58,979 nucleotides of DNA from Clostridiales bacterium (GCA_029012225.1 JAQXLR010000024.1:1-58979); one strand, 5' to 3'. Positions 1-11,152 are shown, numbered from the stretch's first letter. Notes: generated from the letters alone by a model not told the origin. Numbers and translations are program-made.

Positions 1-1
1 G

Positions 2-430
2 AAGATTGGAAGAATCATTGATGAAGAAAATCTGCACGATATGATTGAAATGCTTGAGAGGCAGATCAACGAATCGGACTATACGGCGATGGATATTGCA
101 GCAGCATTTTTGATGCAGTCGCTCGGACAGGTAAGCTTGGACAATGAGAAGGATGACGAGTTTGATTTTGGAAATACAGGAGCAGAAGAAGGCATGGTGC
201 GCCTTTTTATCAACATCGGGAAAAAGGATCGCATCAAGCCCGGTGATATTTTGGGCGCAATTGCAGGGGAGTCCGGTATGCCGGGCAAGCTCGTGGGAGC
301 CATTGATATGTATGATAAATATACGTTTGTGGAGGTTCCAAGAGAGTATGGACGTGAGGTGTTAGAAGCCATGAAAAACGCAAAAATCAAAGGGCGCTCC
401 GTCAGCATGGAGCCTGCAAATCAAAAATAA
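2..430 (+). CDS. DEAD/DEAH-box RNA helicase, C-terminal DbpA-type RNA-binding domain (5' truncated by window)
   Basis: Frame is open from base 2. The stretch RLFINIGKKDRIKPGDILGAIAGE...VGAIDMYDKYTFVEV is typical of the DbpA RNA-binding domain. Confidence 0.85.
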   Translation, partial: KIGRIIDEENLHDMIEMLERQINESDYTAMDIAAAFLMQSLGQVSLDNEKDDEFDFGNTGAEEGMVRLFINIGKKDRIKPGDILGAIAGESGMPGKLVGAIDMYDKYTFVEVPREYGREVLEAMKNAKIKGRSVSMEPANQK

Positions 431-440
431 ATATTTTCTA

Positions 441-479
441 AAAACCCAAAGGCATACATTGAAGTTTCCTTTGGGTTTT
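441..479 (+). terminator. Intrinsic terminator hairpin (possibly bidirectional)
   Basis: Perfect 12-bp inverted repeat AAAACCCAAAGG (441-452) / CCTTTGGGTTTT (468-479) just after the stop codon. Confidence 0.7.
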
Positions 480-525
480 GCTATTGTAATACTAAACGAA
501 AATACCGGAGAGGGAGTGGATAAAA

Positions 526-1224
526 ATGTTCGTCTCATTCGAGCATGTAGATAAAATTTATAAAAACGGCGAAGTGGAGATTCAGGCACTAAAAGACGCA
601 AACTTTGAGATTGAAAAAGGAGAATTTTGCGTGATTGTGGGAGCTTCAGGTGCAGGGAAGACCACAATTTTAAATATTTTAGGAGGAATGGACAGCCTGA
701 CGGCAGGCAAGGTGCTTTTAGACGGAGAGGAAATTTCCAAATATGACAAAAAGCAGCTTACCGCTTATCGCCGCTATGATATTGGCTTTGTCTTTCAGTT
801 TTATAATCTGGTACAGAATCTGACTGCGGTGGAGAATGTGGAGCTTGCATCACAGATATGCAAAGAACCCTTGGATGCGGCGACGATTCTTGCGGAGGTG
901 GGGTTGTCAGAGCGTCTGTCGAACTTTCCGGCGCAGTTATCGGGAGGAGAGCAGCAGCGCGTGGCGATTGCGCGGGCACTGGCAAAAAATCCCAAGATCC
1001 TTTTGTGTGATGAGCCGACGGGAGCACTTGACTACAATACGGGAAAGGCTGTCTTAAAGCTTTTGCAGGATACCTGCCGCCAAAAGGGAAAGACTGTGAT
1101 TGTCATCACGCACAATCAAGCACTGACTGCAATGGCAGACCGTATTATCACGGTAAAAAACGGAACCGTCGTAAAAATGGAAAAAAATACGAATATTATA
1201 GATATCGCAGATATCGAGTGGTAG
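526..1224 (+). CDS. ABC transporter ATP-binding protein (LolD/MacB-like)
   Basis: Walker A GASGAGKT, signature LSGGEQQR, Walker B LLCDEPT, H-loop ITH. Confidence 0.95.
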   Translation: MFVSFEHVDKIYKNGEVEIQALKDANFEIEKGEFCVIVGASGAGKTTILNILGGMDSLTAGKVLLDGEEISKYDKKQLTAYRRYDIGFVFQFYNLVQNLTAVENVELASQICKEPLDAATILAEVGLSERLSNFPAQLSGGEQQRVAIARALAKNPKILLCDEPTGALDYNTGKAVLKLLQDTCRQKGKTVIVITHNQALTAMADRIITVKNGTVVKMEKNTNIIDIADIEW

Positions 1225-1319
1225 CAGAGGGAGCATGAGCAGACAGCGATGTTTCCTCTGTCAATTTATTTCAGAGGGAGTCCTCTCCCAGTTATTAGAA
1301 CGGATGAAGAGGTGAGAAA

Positions 1320-4250
1320 GTGAAGTCAGCGATTTGGAAATCAACAGTTCGGGAAATAAAAGAAAGCGCGGGAAGATTCATAGCGATTCTGGCAATCGTT
1401 GCACTCGGTGTAGGATTTTTTGCGGGACTTAAGATTACACAGCCGGCGATGCTCTTGGTGGCAGAGAATTATCTGAAAGAGGGTGCTTTTTATGATTATC
1501 ACCTTCTTTCGAGTGTCGGATTCGGAAAAGAAGACGTAGTGCACTTTGGGGAGCAGAAGGATGTTGCGGCGGCAGAGGGAGCGCTGCAGTTTGATATTTT
1601 GTGCGAGCTGGACGGCAGCAGCAGTGTGCTTCGGGCACACAGCATGACACAAGAGATAAACAAGCTTGTGCTGACAGAGGGAGAACTGCCGCAGAGAGCA
1701 GAGGAATGTGTTGTGGATGCAAGCCTGTTTGACTCTTCGTGGATTGGAAGGACGATTGCGATATCGGAGGACAATGCGAGCGAGGATGCCGACCATTTTG
1801 CTTTTCGGGAGTATACCATAACGGGAATCGTGCAGTCACCGCTTTACATACAGTACGAAAGAGGAAATACATCGCTTGGAAACGGAAGAGTCAGAGGCTT
1901 TTTTTATTTGCAGCCGGAGGGCTTTGCAGAGGACTATTATACAGAGGTTTATGTTCGATTTGATCAGGATTTTGAACTTTACAGCGAAGAGTATGAAACA
2001 TGGATGAAAGCGCATGAGGCAGATTGGGAGGCGCTGACCACGCAGGCGGCAGAGGAGCGTTACCATACGACAAAAGCAGATGCCGATGCGCAGATCGCCG
2101 ACGCAAGGGCACAGATTGCGGATGCAAGGCAGGAACTTGCCGATGCGAGAGCAGAGCTTGATGATGCAAAGGAAGAAATTGCACAGGGAGAAGCACAGAT
2201 TGCGGATGCGAAGGAGACGCTTTTGGCGCGTGAGAGAGAGCTCAATATGTCAGAGGAGGCTCTTTTGCTGCAGGAAGAGGAGCTTTTGGCCTCGGAAGCC
2301 TATCTTGCGGCGGGAGGAGGTCTGCCTGCGGAGGCGGCAGCACAGTTGACAGCGGGAAAAGAGCAGCTTGCAAATGCGAAGACGATGCTTGATGATGCTA
2401 AGGTACAACTTGCTGTTGCTAAGAAGGAGCTGGAGGAAAAAGAAGCACAGCTGGAGGAGGCAAAGAAGGAATATGAGCAGGGCGAAAGAGACTACGAGGA
2501 TGGTCTTGCGAAGTTCCAAGAGGAAAGTGCAAAAGCAGAGCAGGAGATAGCAGATGCGGAGGATGCGCTCGCAAAATTGGAAGACCCAAAGGGGTATGTG
2601 TTAGGGCGAGAGACGAACATTGGATATGCCTGCTTTCAGAATGATTCGGGAATTGTCGACGGTGTGGCAAATGTATTTCCAATCTTTTTCTTCCTTGTGG
2701 CAGCTCTCGTATGTATGACAACCATGAACCGGATGGTAGAGGAGCAAAGGACGCAGATTGGTGTCCTAAAAGCGCTGGGTTATAGCAGAGGCGTCATTAT
2801 GTCAAAATACATTTTTTACTCCGGTCTTGCTGCGGCACTGGGGTGCTTCATCGGGTACTTTGGCGGCACATGGCTCTTTCCGCAGGTAATCTGGGTGGCG
2901 TACGGGATGATGTACCAAATGGATTCGATCGGTTATCTTTTTGACGTAAGGCTCGCTTTGATTTCTCTGGGTGCGGCGATACTTTGCTCGGTCGGAACCA
3001 CATGGGCCTCCTGTCGCTATGAGCTGTCCGAGGTGGCCGCAGAATTGATGCGTCCAAAGACACCGAGGGCAGGAAAGCGTGTCCTTCTGGAGCGAATTCC
3101 GGTTATCTGGAGGCGGCTCAAATTTTTGCAGAAGGTATCGGTGCGGAATGTTTTTCGATACAAAAAGAGATTTTTCATGATGATTCTGGGAATCAGCGGC
3201 TGTACGGCACTTCTTGTGACCGGCTTTGGAGTACACGATTCCGTTGTAAATATAGCAGCGCAGCAGTATACGGAGATTCAGACCTACGACATTGGGGTAA
3301 CCTATTCCAAGTCGGTAACGGAAGAGATGAAACGAGAGCTGGAGGAGCTTGCCGAGAGCGGAATGAAGCAATTTGCCGTTGTGATGGAGACGACAATAGA
3401 TTTGGAGGTAGGGGAGGAGACAAAAAATGTCAGCCTTGTTGTGTCAAATCCACAGGAGGATATGACCCCCTATCTGAAATTACAGACAACTGAGAGAGAG
3501 CCGCTGCCCTATCCGGGAAAAAATGAGATTGCCGTCTGCAAAAACCTTGCGGATACATATGGGCTTCGGGAGGGCGACACCGTTACCCTGCGCAGGGAGG
3601 ACGGAAATACCATTACAGCAACCGTGAGCGGTATTTTCCGAAACTTTGTCTATAATTACGTGTATCTTTCTGCTGATACTTATGAGGAGCAGCTGGGAAG
3701 CGCACCGGAATATAAAACGGCATACGTAAATCTCGAGGATGGAGCAGATGCACATTTGATTGCAACCATGATTATGAACGGTACAGATGTTGCGGCGGTC
3801 AATGTGACAGAGGATGTGATGGAGCGGTTTGAAAGCATGATGCAGAGTATGAATCTGGTCGTAATCGTCATTATTTTGTCTGCGGCAGGGCTTGCATTTA
3901 TCGTGCTTTACAATTTGACGAACATCAATATTACGGAGCGCATTCGTGAGATTGCCACAATTAAGGTGCTCGGATTTTATGAGCGAGAAACAGAGGAATA
4001 TATTTTCAGAGAAAATAATGTTCTCTCACTGCTTGGTGCACTTGTCGGGAGTCTCTTGGGACACTTCCTCCATATCTTTGTAATGTCACAAATTAAGGTA
4101 GATATGGTTGCATTTGAACGCAGAGTAGAACCGATCAGCTATTTTTACAGCATTCTTCTTACAATGGTTTTCTCCTATCTTATTGGAAGATTGATGAAGA
4201 AAAAGATAGACAACGTAAGCATGACAGAGTCTCTAAAGAGTGTGGACTAG
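1320..4250 (+). CDS. FtsX-like ABC permease with internal coiled-coil
   Basis: N-terminal TM helix, two FtsX-type motifs (EQRTQIGVLKALG, ERIREIATIKVLG) and a long Ala/Glu heptad region; adjacent to the ATPase; GTG start. Confidence 0.9.
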   Translation: MKSAIWKSTVREIKESAGRFIAILAIVALGVGFFAGLKITQPAMLLVAENYLKEGAFYDYHLLSSVGFGKEDVVHFGEQKDVAAAEGALQFDILCELDGSSSVLRAHSMTQEINKLVLTEGELPQRAEECVVDASLFDSSWIGRTIAISEDNASEDADHFAFREYTITGIVQSPLYIQYERGNTSLGNGRVRGFFYLQPEGFAEDYYTEVYVRFDQDFELYSEEYETWMKAHEADWEALTTQAAEERYHTTKADADAQIADARAQIADARQELADARAELDDAKEEIAQGEAQIADAKETLLARERELNMSEEALLLQEEELLASEAYLAAGGGLPAEAAAQLTAGKEQLANAKTMLDDAKVQLAVAKKELEEKEAQLEEAKKEYEQGERDYEDGLAKFQEESAKAEQEIADAEDALAKLEDPKGYVLGRETNIGYACFQNDSGIVDGVANVFPIFFFLVAALVCMTTMNRMVEEQRTQIGVLKALGYSRGVIMSKYIFYSGLAAALGCFIGYFGGTWLFPQVIWVAYGMMYQMDSIGYLFDVRLALISLGAAILCSVGTTWASCRYELSEVAAELMRPKTPRAGKRVLLERIPVIWRRLKFLQKVSVRNVFRYKKRFFMMILGISGCTALLVTGFGVHDSVVNIAAQQYTEIQTYDIGVTYSKSVTEEMKRELEELAESGMKQFAVVMETTIDLEVGEETKNVSLVVSNPQEDMTPYLKLQTTEREPLPYPGKNEIAVCKNLADTYGLREGDTVTLRREDGNTITATVSGIFRNFVYNYVYLSADTYEEQLGSAPEYKTAYVNLEDGADAHLIATMIMNGTDVAAVNVTEDVMERFESMMQSMNLVVIVIILSAAGLAFIVLYNLTNINITERIREIATIKVLGFYERETEEYIFRENNVLSLLGALVGSLLGHFLHIFVMSQIKVDMVAFERRVEPISYFYSILLTMVFSYLIGRLMKKKIDNVSMTESLKSVD

Positions 4251-4278
4251 ACGGTCGACTCTTTTTGGCAATTTCCTC

Positions 4279-4305
4279 TAAGGAAAAAAATGAATCAGCC
4301 GATAT
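4279..4305 (+). promoter_or_regulatory. sigma28 (FliA/SigD) promoter for the flgM operon
   Basis: TAAG-N15-GCCGATAT upstream of flgM. Confidence 0.8.
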
Positions 4306-4349
4306 AAACACTAGAAAATGATTTTTGAAGGAAGAAAGGAGATGCCATT

Positions 4350-4631
4350 ATGCGGATTGAAGCTTACGGCCAGGTGGCACAGGTATATAAACAAAGCAAC
4401 ACAGGAAGCAAGACGAGAGCTGCCGAGATGGGGAACAGACGCGATGAAGTGCAGATTTCCCATGTTGGTTACGACTATCAGGTTGCAAAGCAGGCAGTGG
4501 CAGCGATTTCCGATATTAGAGAGGATAAGGTTGCACAGCTTTCGGCACAGGTAAAGTCGGGTAACTACAAGGTGAGTGCAGATGACTTTGCGAGCAGAGT
4601 AATTGAAAAATACAAGTCATTTATAATCTAA
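4350..4631 (+). CDS. flgM: Anti-sigma28 factor FlgM
   Basis: 93 aa; DEVQIS and DIREDKVAQL...VKSGNYKV motifs; first gene of the operon. Confidence 0.9.
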   Translation: MRIEAYGQVAQVYKQSNTGSKTRAAEMGNRRDEVQISHVGYDYQVAKQAVAAISDIREDKVAQLSAQVKSGNYKVSADDFASRVIEKYKSFII

Positions 4632-4647
4632 GGAGCGAGGATCGATT

Positions 4648-5160
4648 GTGGCAAGCTTAATGGAAGAACTTTTGGAAGTCATGGCAGAGGAGGAAGCGCA
4701 GTATGAGGCGCTGATAGAGCTTGGCGGACAGAAAAAGGATGCGGTGATTGCGGCAGACATTACGACGCTGGGAGAGATTACGACAAAGGAGCAGGCGGCA
4801 GCCAGCGCTCTTTTGAATATGTCAAATAAGCGGACCGGGATTTTGAATGATATGGCGACGGTGCTGGGGAAAGACCCTGCCGAGATGACGATTACGAAGA
4901 TGATCGGTTATCTGGAAAATCAGCCAAAGGAGCAGGCAAAATTGACGGAGCGCCGCGATAAGCTTCTTGCTGTGGGAACACAGATGCGGATGTTAAACCA
5001 ACAAAATGAAATGCTCCTAAAGCAGGCATTGGAGATGGTGGAATTTGACATTACGTTATTAAGGAGCGCACGACAGGCTCCCGAGACGGCAAACTATGAT
5101 AAAAATGCTTACAATACAGGAGACTTGCTGGGCGGCAGTGGATTTGACGCAAAGCAATAG
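4648..5160 (+). CDS. flgN: Flagellar chaperone FlgN
   Basis: Helical 170 aa protein between flgM and flgK; C-terminal Y...FDAKQ; GTG start. Confidence 0.85.
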   Translation: MASLMEELLEVMAEEEAQYEALIELGGQKKDAVIAADITTLGEITTKEQAAASALLNMSNKRTGILNDMATVLGKDPAEMTITKMIGYLENQPKEQAKLTERRDKLLAVGTQMRMLNQQNEMLLKQALEMVEFDITLLRSARQAPETANYDKNAYNTGDLLGGSGFDAKQ

Positions 5161-5183
5161 TAAGGCAAGGAGGAAAATCTGCC

Positions 5184-6950
5184 ATGGCAAATGGTTTTGG
5201 AACATTGTTTATTGGTGTTGCGGGATTACAGAGCAGCCAGAATGCATTAAATATTACCGCAAATAATATGGCGAACGTGGATACCGCGGGGTATGTGCGT
5301 CAGCAGGTATTGTTTGAGGACAGAAATTATATAACCCTCAATACCACAACGGCAATCAGCCATCAGCAATCCGGTCTTGGCGTAAAGATTGGCGATGTGG
5401 TACATTCGAGGGATATTTTTTTGGATCGCTCCTATCGTACCGAGAGCGGACGTCAGGCATTTTACCAGGCGACCTATGAGGCGACCAGGGAGGTAGAGAC
5501 GTACTTTCAGGAGATGGAAGGGCAGGTCTTTCAGGGAGCCTTAGAGGACTTTTGGGTTTCGTTTCAGGAGTTGTCCAAGGCGCCGGATGACAGTGTAAAT
5601 CAGAATCTTGTCATTCAAAAGGCACAGCTGTTTCTCAGCAGAGCAAATGCGGTCTACAGTGGACTGCAGAGCTATCAATACAACATGAATACCCAGATTC
5701 GAGACGATGTAGACCGTATCAATGAGATTGGTAAGGCAATCAATGAGCTGAATCTGAATATTCAAAAGATTGAGGCGGGAAAACTTGAGACGGCAATGAC
5801 GCTTCGCGATGCGAGGGATCAGTTGCTGGACGAGCTTTCTGCTCTGGTAAACATTTCCTATTCGGAGACAGTAGACGGAGTGGTTAAGGTCAGCATTGAA
5901 GGGACAGAGTTTGTGGATGAGGTCAGATACTATCCGCTTGAGCTGCAGGTAGATAAGCTGACCGGCTTCGCAACACCCTATTGGAGCCATCTCTCAGATG
6001 TAGAGAGAGGAAAATATACCTATCTATTCCACTTTAATACAGATATTTCCGCAGAGAATAAAAACGATATGGGCAAGCTGAAGGCGCAGATTCTGGCAAG
6101 AGGAGATCATATTGCGACCTATCGGGATGTGGAGGGAATGGATCGTACGACCTTCAATGATACAACGGGAATGTCGGTAATGCTAAAGGCAGAGGCAGAG
6201 CTGGATCAGATGATACACGGAATCGTGACGGCGATTAACGATATTCTTGCTCCGAATGTGGAGGCGAAGGAAGTGTTGAATCTGGCGCCCGGAGCGACAA
6301 CAATGGATGTAACGTTGGAGGATGGCACGATAAAAACAGTTGACGTAACCTCCAAAATTTTGGATGAGAAGAACTGCTGTGTCGGAGCAAGCGGAGAGCT
6401 GCCGCCGCAGGAGTTGTTTACGAGAATCGGCACACCGCGTTATACAAAGGCAACCTTTACAGATAATGCGGGAGTTCTACAGACTATCTACCTTTACAAC
6501 GAGGAGGATCCGAGCGACTCTACCATGCAGTATACGCTGACAAGCCTCCAGGTAAATGAAGCGCTGATTCAGCGTGAGACAGAGCTTCCGCATCTTACGA
6601 TTGGGAATATGACAGTCGATTATTCCCTGGCGGAGCATTTGGCGAGTGTCTGGGATGAGAATCGGCTTACCCTGAACCCAAACGACACAAAGGGCTGCAG
6701 CTTTAAGGGCTACTATAAGTCCATGATTGGAGAGCTTGCAACTTATGGGAACGTATACGGTGCTACGGCAGATACGCTAAAGGGAACGGTGGCATCTATC
6801 GACAATCAGAGACAGCAGGTAATCGGGGTATCCTCAGATGAGGAATTGACCTCCATGATTAAATATCAGAATGCATACAATGCGTCCAGCCGCTTCATCA
6901 ATGTCGTAGACGAGATGATTGAGCATTTGATTATGCGGCTTGGTGCATAA
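5184..6950 (+). CDS. flgK: Hook-associated protein FlgK (copy 1)
   Basis: N-terminal ALNITANNMANVDTAGYVRQ; C-terminal GVSSDEELTSMIKYQNAYNASSR. Confidence 0.92.
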   Translation: MANGFGTLFIGVAGLQSSQNALNITANNMANVDTAGYVRQQVLFEDRNYITLNTTTAISHQQSGLGVKIGDVVHSRDIFLDRSYRTESGRQAFYQATYEATREVETYFQEMEGQVFQGALEDFWVSFQELSKAPDDSVNQNLVIQKAQLFLSRANAVYSGLQSYQYNMNTQIRDDVDRINEIGKAINELNLNIQKIEAGKLETAMTLRDARDQLLDELSALVNISYSETVDGVVKVSIEGTEFVDEVRYYPLELQVDKLTGFATPYWSHLSDVERGKYTYLFHFNTDISAENKNDMGKLKAQILARGDHIATYRDVEGMDRTTFNDTTGMSVMLKAEAELDQMIHGIVTAINDILAPNVEAKEVLNLAPGATTMDVTLEDGTIKTVDVTSKILDEKNCCVGASGELPPQELFTRIGTPRYTKATFTDNAGVLQTIYLYNEEDPSDSTMQYTLTSLQVNEALIQRETELPHLTIGNMTVDYSLAEHLASVWDENRLTLNPNDTKGCSFKGYYKSMIGELATYGNVYGATADTLKGTVASIDNQRQQVIGVSSDEELTSMIKYQNAYNASSRFINVVDEMIEHLIMRLGA

Positions 6951-6969
6951 GTGAGAAAGAGGTGTTAGC

Positions 6970-8814
6970 ATGCCATCTACATTTTTTGGATTAACAATTG
7001 CCTATTCGGGGTTAAACGCCTATCAAGTGGCGCTCAATACAACTGCAAACAATATTTCCAATGTGCAGACAAAGGGTTACAGCAGACAGCAGGCGAACCG
7101 CTCAGCGGCGGAGGCGCTTCGAACACATACCGAGTATGGGACGATGGGAAGCGGTGTTACGACAGACTCCATTCGTCAGATTCGGAATCAGTATTATGAC
7201 ACAAAATATTGGTACAATCAGCCGTTCGTTGGGCTGTATGAGACGAGGTTAAATTACCTGAAGCAGATCGAAAACTATTTTGTGGATGATGCGTCCGCAA
7301 AGGGCTTTTCTACCATCCTTAACTCCATGTTCAATGCGCTTGATACGTTAAAGAACAATTCCGGCGACCTCAATGTCAGACAGCAGTTCATCGGAAGCGC
7401 ACAAAATCTGGCAACCTATTTTAACAGTGTGTATGCGGGTCTTGCGGACATTCAGGACAGTGCCAATGATGAAATCAAGTCGACTGTTATGAATATCAAC
7501 TCCATAGCGGAGAAGGTAGCGATTTTAAATAAGCAGATTAACATTATCGAGGTGCAGGGGGGCTATGCAAATGAGCTGCGGGACGAACGAGCATTGCTCA
7601 TTGATGAGCTGTCTGCGATTGTTCCGACAGAAGTCTCCGAGGTTGCGGTCACCAATTCCAATGATCCGGACAACCCGACAGGCGGCACCTATTATACGGT
7701 CTACATCGGCGGGCAACTTCTGGTAGATACTTATGAATATGAGACGTTGGAATGTGTGGCCAGAGAAAAAAAGGTCAATCAGTCTGATCTTGACGGACTT
7801 TATGATATAAAATGGGCAAAAACCGGCAATACCTTCAATGCAGGCGCGAGCTATATGAGCGGCTCTCTAAAGGCGCTCTTTGATATCAGAGACGGCAATA
7901 ACGGAGAGAATTTTTCCGGAACAACAGAAGTGCTTGATGCGATGACGGTAAAGATTACGAATCCGTCGATTACTTCTGTGGAGGCGATGACGATGCCGGA
8001 GGAGGGACTGCTTACGATAAACGGAAAGCAGTATGCGTATACCGGATTTACCTATGAGACGAATGCAGCAGGAGCAATTACCTCCTATACCTTTACGCTG
8101 GAGAAGGGCTTTAACGGTCTGGATGAGCAAAACAGAGCAGATGGCAAGCTTGCGTCCGTCGGAGTCTCCGTGAACTCGATGGGAATCCCCTACTATCAGG
8201 CACAGATGAATCAGTTTTTGCGCAGCTTCACAAAAGCCTTTAACGATATTTTAAAGACAGGGGAAGATTTAAACGGCAATAAGACAGATGATTATATGTT
8301 CTTTACCGGTACAAACACAATCAGCGGCAAGGAATATATGTTTGATGATAAGGACTTGACGACAGGAGCAGCAGATCAGAAAAGCTCCAATGCGGACAGC
8401 TATTATAAGCTGACCGCTGCAAACATTACCGTTACCGGAGTCTGCATCAAGGATCCGACACGCCTTGCCACAACGACAAACATCACGGCGGGTGTGGACG
8501 GCTATGATCTGATTGAGCAGCTGGCAAAGCTAAAAAGCGATACGATCCTTTATCGCGGCGGTACGGCAGACGGCTTCTTAAAATGTATGATTGCGGATAT
8601 TTCCATCGATACACAGGAATCCAAAATCTTTTATCAGAACTATACAAATGTCTCCAACACGATTGAGCAGCAGAGAATGTCGATTTCGGGTGTGGATGAG
8701 GATGAGGAGGGATTGGATTTGATTAAATTCCAGAATGCGTATAACCTCTCCTCCAAAATGATTTCTGTTATGGCAGAAATTTACGACAGACTGATTCTTC
8801 AAACCGGCGTATAA
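6970..8814 (+). CDS. flgK: Hook-associated protein FlgK (copy 2)
   Basis: ALNTTANNISNVQTKGYSRQ; C-terminal SGVDEDEEGLDLIKFQNAYNLSSK. Confidence 0.92.
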   Translation: MPSTFFGLTIAYSGLNAYQVALNTTANNISNVQTKGYSRQQANRSAAEALRTHTEYGTMGSGVTTDSIRQIRNQYYDTKYWYNQPFVGLYETRLNYLKQIENYFVDDASAKGFSTILNSMFNALDTLKNNSGDLNVRQQFIGSAQNLATYFNSVYAGLADIQDSANDEIKSTVMNINSIAEKVAILNKQINIIEVQGGYANELRDERALLIDELSAIVPTEVSEVAVTNSNDPDNPTGGTYYTVYIGGQLLVDTYEYETLECVAREKKVNQSDLDGLYDIKWAKTGNTFNAGASYMSGSLKALFDIRDGNNGENFSGTTEVLDAMTVKITNPSITSVEAMTMPEEGLLTINGKQYAYTGFTYETNAAGAITSYTFTLEKGFNGLDEQNRADGKLASVGVSVNSMGIPYYQAQMNQFLRSFTKAFNDILKTGEDLNGNKTDDYMFFTGTNTISGKEYMFDDKDLTTGAADQKSSNADSYYKLTAANITVTGVCIKDPTRLATTTNITAGVDGYDLIEQLAKLKSDTILYRGGTADGFLKCMIADISIDTQESKIFYQNYTNVSNTIEQQRMSISGVDEDEEGLDLIKFQNAYNLSSKMISVMAEIYDRLILQTGV

Positions 8815-8827
8815 TAGGAGGGACAAA

Positions 8828-10399
8828 ATGCGTATTACCAACAATATGATGATTAAAAATACGTCTATCAACATCAACGGAAATAAGATAAACGTAGATA
8901 CCTTGAATAATCAGATGACTTCTCAGAAGAAGATACAGCGTCCTTCCGAGAACCCGGTTATTGCGATTCGTGCATTGCGGCTGCGCAGCTCCTTAAGTGA
9001 GATTGATCAGTATTATGAGAACAACATTCCGGATGCAGAATCCTGGCTGGATGTGACACAGACAGCCATGCTGAATATAGAGAAAGTTGTCAAGGATATT
9101 CGTACCCAGTGTGTGTACGGTGCGACAGACTCCCTTAAGGAGGATGACAGAAGCGCGATTCTGACGCAGCTTACAAAGCTGCGTGATCAGATTTATTCAG
9201 ATGGAAATACAGATTATGCGGGACGTACCGTATTTACCGGATATCGCACCAATAAAAAGCTGACCTTTATGGAGGATGAGGCCAATACATCTTATCATGT
9301 AACGCAGAAATTTTCCTATACCGACTTGCAGGAATATCGGTATTACAGCGGAAATGTGACACTTCCGACCACAGTGGCTGAGGTTGCGGGCAATGCCATA
9401 CCGAATCCGCAGATGGCAGTTTTTGAGCGGATCCGCCTAAGCTATGATTCGATTGACAGTATTACAGATAAGGATGGAAAGGTGCTGGATGGTACGACCG
9501 GAAATATTGATGGCGTGCTTACCTATACCGACCCTGCAGGAGCAGCAAGAGAGATTAAGGTAAAGGTATACGATACCTATGATGCGTGGGTGCAAGCCAG
9601 CGGCGGAACCCCAGCCATTCCGGAGGCGGGAACCGATAAGGCGGCTGTTTTCATCAAAGAAAGCGGCGAATTGGTGCTTGGAGATAAGGCGGCGGCAGAG
9701 CTGCGCGGGAAAAAGGCAAATCTTAATATCGACTACGACAAAACAGGCTTTGGGAAGGGAGAGCTAAGGCCGGAATATTACTATAACTGCACTGATAACA
9801 CGGTGGCCGGCGCTCCTGTCGAGTTTTTTAAGTTTGACCCGGCAACCGGAGAAGAGATATATCAGGATATCAACTATGTGGTATCCGCGAATCAGACCCT
9901 GACCGTGAATACACAGGGATCTGCTGTATTTGATGCCGCTCTCGGACGGGATGTGGACGAGTTGATTGATGCGGTGCAGCACGCAACGGAAGCCAATAAA
10001 AAGGTTGGAGACATTGAGGCGATGCTAAAGATGGAGGAGTACGCCTCCGATGAAAGTCAGGAGAAACTGCAGGAGTGGTTGGAGGCGGCGAAAAAAGAAC
10101 GTGATTATGCCAACGACCATATGCAAAAGCTTTACAACAGTTATATTGGAAACTGTGATCAATATTTACAGAAAATAAATCTGGCACTTACCGACCTGGG
10201 AAGTAAGGGAGTAAGCCTTGATTTGACAAAAAACCGGATGTCAAACCAGCAGACGACAATGGAGACCTTAATGTCTACCAATGAGGATCGAAACCTCTCC
10301 GACATTATCATTGACTATACATCTGCGTATACATCCTATCAGGCAGCCCTGCAGGCGGGAGCGAAGATTAACCAGAATACGCTGCTTAATTATTTGTAG
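8828..10399 (+). CDS. flgL: Hook-associated protein FlgL
   Basis: MRITNNMM start, KKIQRPSENPV, C-terminal YQAALQAGAKINQNTLLNYL. Confidence 0.92.
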   Translation: MRITNNMMIKNTSININGNKINVDTLNNQMTSQKKIQRPSENPVIAIRALRLRSSLSEIDQYYENNIPDAESWLDVTQTAMLNIEKVVKDIRTQCVYGATDSLKEDDRSAILTQLTKLRDQIYSDGNTDYAGRTVFTGYRTNKKLTFMEDEANTSYHVTQKFSYTDLQEYRYYSGNVTLPTTVAEVAGNAIPNPQMAVFERIRLSYDSIDSITDKDGKVLDGTTGNIDGVLTYTDPAGAAREIKVKVYDTYDAWVQASGGTPAIPEAGTDKAAVFIKESGELVLGDKAAAELRGKKANLNIDYDKTGFGKGELRPEYYYNCTDNTVAGAPVEFFKFDPATGEEIYQDINYVVSANQTLTVNTQGSAVFDAALGRDVDELIDAVQHATEANKKVGDIEAMLKMEEYASDESQEKLQEWLEAAKKERDYANDHMQKLYNSYIGNCDQYLQKINLALTDLGSKGVSLDLTKNRMSNQQTTMETLMSTNEDRNLSDIIIDYTSAYTSYQAALQAGAKINQNTLLNYL

Positions 10400-10433
10400 G
10401 AGAATGCCTTAGAAGAACATTAGGAGGAACAGG

Positions 10434-10904
10434 ATGAAGGCAGAAACGAGACTTTTTGGTGAGATTGATATTGAGGATGAGAAAATTATTTGGCTTCCGG
10501 GAGGAATGATAGGCTTCCCTCATCTTCAAAAGTTTGCATTAATCTTCGATGAGGAGAAAGAGGAAAAGGCAAAAGAGGGAAAGGGTATTATGTGGCTGCA
10601 GTCTATGGATGAGCCGCAGGTTGCGTTTCCCGTGATGCATCCAAATGAGCTAAAGCCGGATTACAATCCGACGGTCAACGATGAAATGCTAAAGCCATTG
10701 GGTGATTTGACGGATGAGAATATCTATATTTTGGTAACTGTAACCGCGACAAAGGAGATTAAGGATACATCAATCAACCTAAAGGCACCCATCATCATAA
10801 ACTCGGACAATCGCAAAGGCTGTCAGCTTATCGTGGAAGATGATTATCCCGTAAAATACAAAATATGTGAGGCATTGGAGAAATCAGAGAAAGCGGGGGA
10901 ATAA
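10434..10904 (+). CDS. fliW: Flagellar assembly factor FliW (CsrA antagonist)
   Basis: ETRLFGEI, GMIGFP, WLQS and NLKAPIIIN motifs; directly upstream of csrA. Confidence 0.93.
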   Translation: MKAETRLFGEIDIEDEKIIWLPGGMIGFPHLQKFALIFDEEKEEKAKEGKGIMWLQSMDEPQVAFPVMHPNELKPDYNPTVNDEMLKPLGDLTDENIYILVTVTATKEIKDTSINLKAPIIINSDNRKGCQLIVEDDYPVKYKICEALEKSEKAGE

Positions 10905-10907
10905 GAT

Positions 10908-11126
10908 ATGCTGGCATTGACACGAAAAAAAGGAGAGTCGCTCGTTATCAATAATGACATAGAGATAACCGTGCTTGAGATACGGGGCGACCAGGTGAAA
11001 ATTGGTATCTCGGCACCAAAAGAGGTTCCGATTTATCGGAAGGAAGTCTATTTGCAGATTCAGCAGGAGAATCAGTCGGCCATTGAGAACGTGGAGACTC
11101 TGGAGGCGTTAAAGCAGCTGTTTTAG
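10908..11126 (+). CDS. csrA: Carbon storage regulator CsrA
   Basis: [46 protein letters not shown]. Confidence 0.97.
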   Translation: MLALTRKKGESLVINNDIEITVLEIRGDQVKIGISAPKEVPIYRKEVYLQIQQENQSAIENVETLEALKQLF

Positions 11127-11152
11127 AGAATTCGGTTTTCAGGAGAGAAAGG

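Noticed and set aside
2060-2580. Quasi-repeats (GCAGATTGCGGATGC etc.) in the permease as a repeat array or CRISPR
   Set aside because: They are degenerate heptad coiled-coil codons within a CDS, with no repeat-spacer structure or cas genes.
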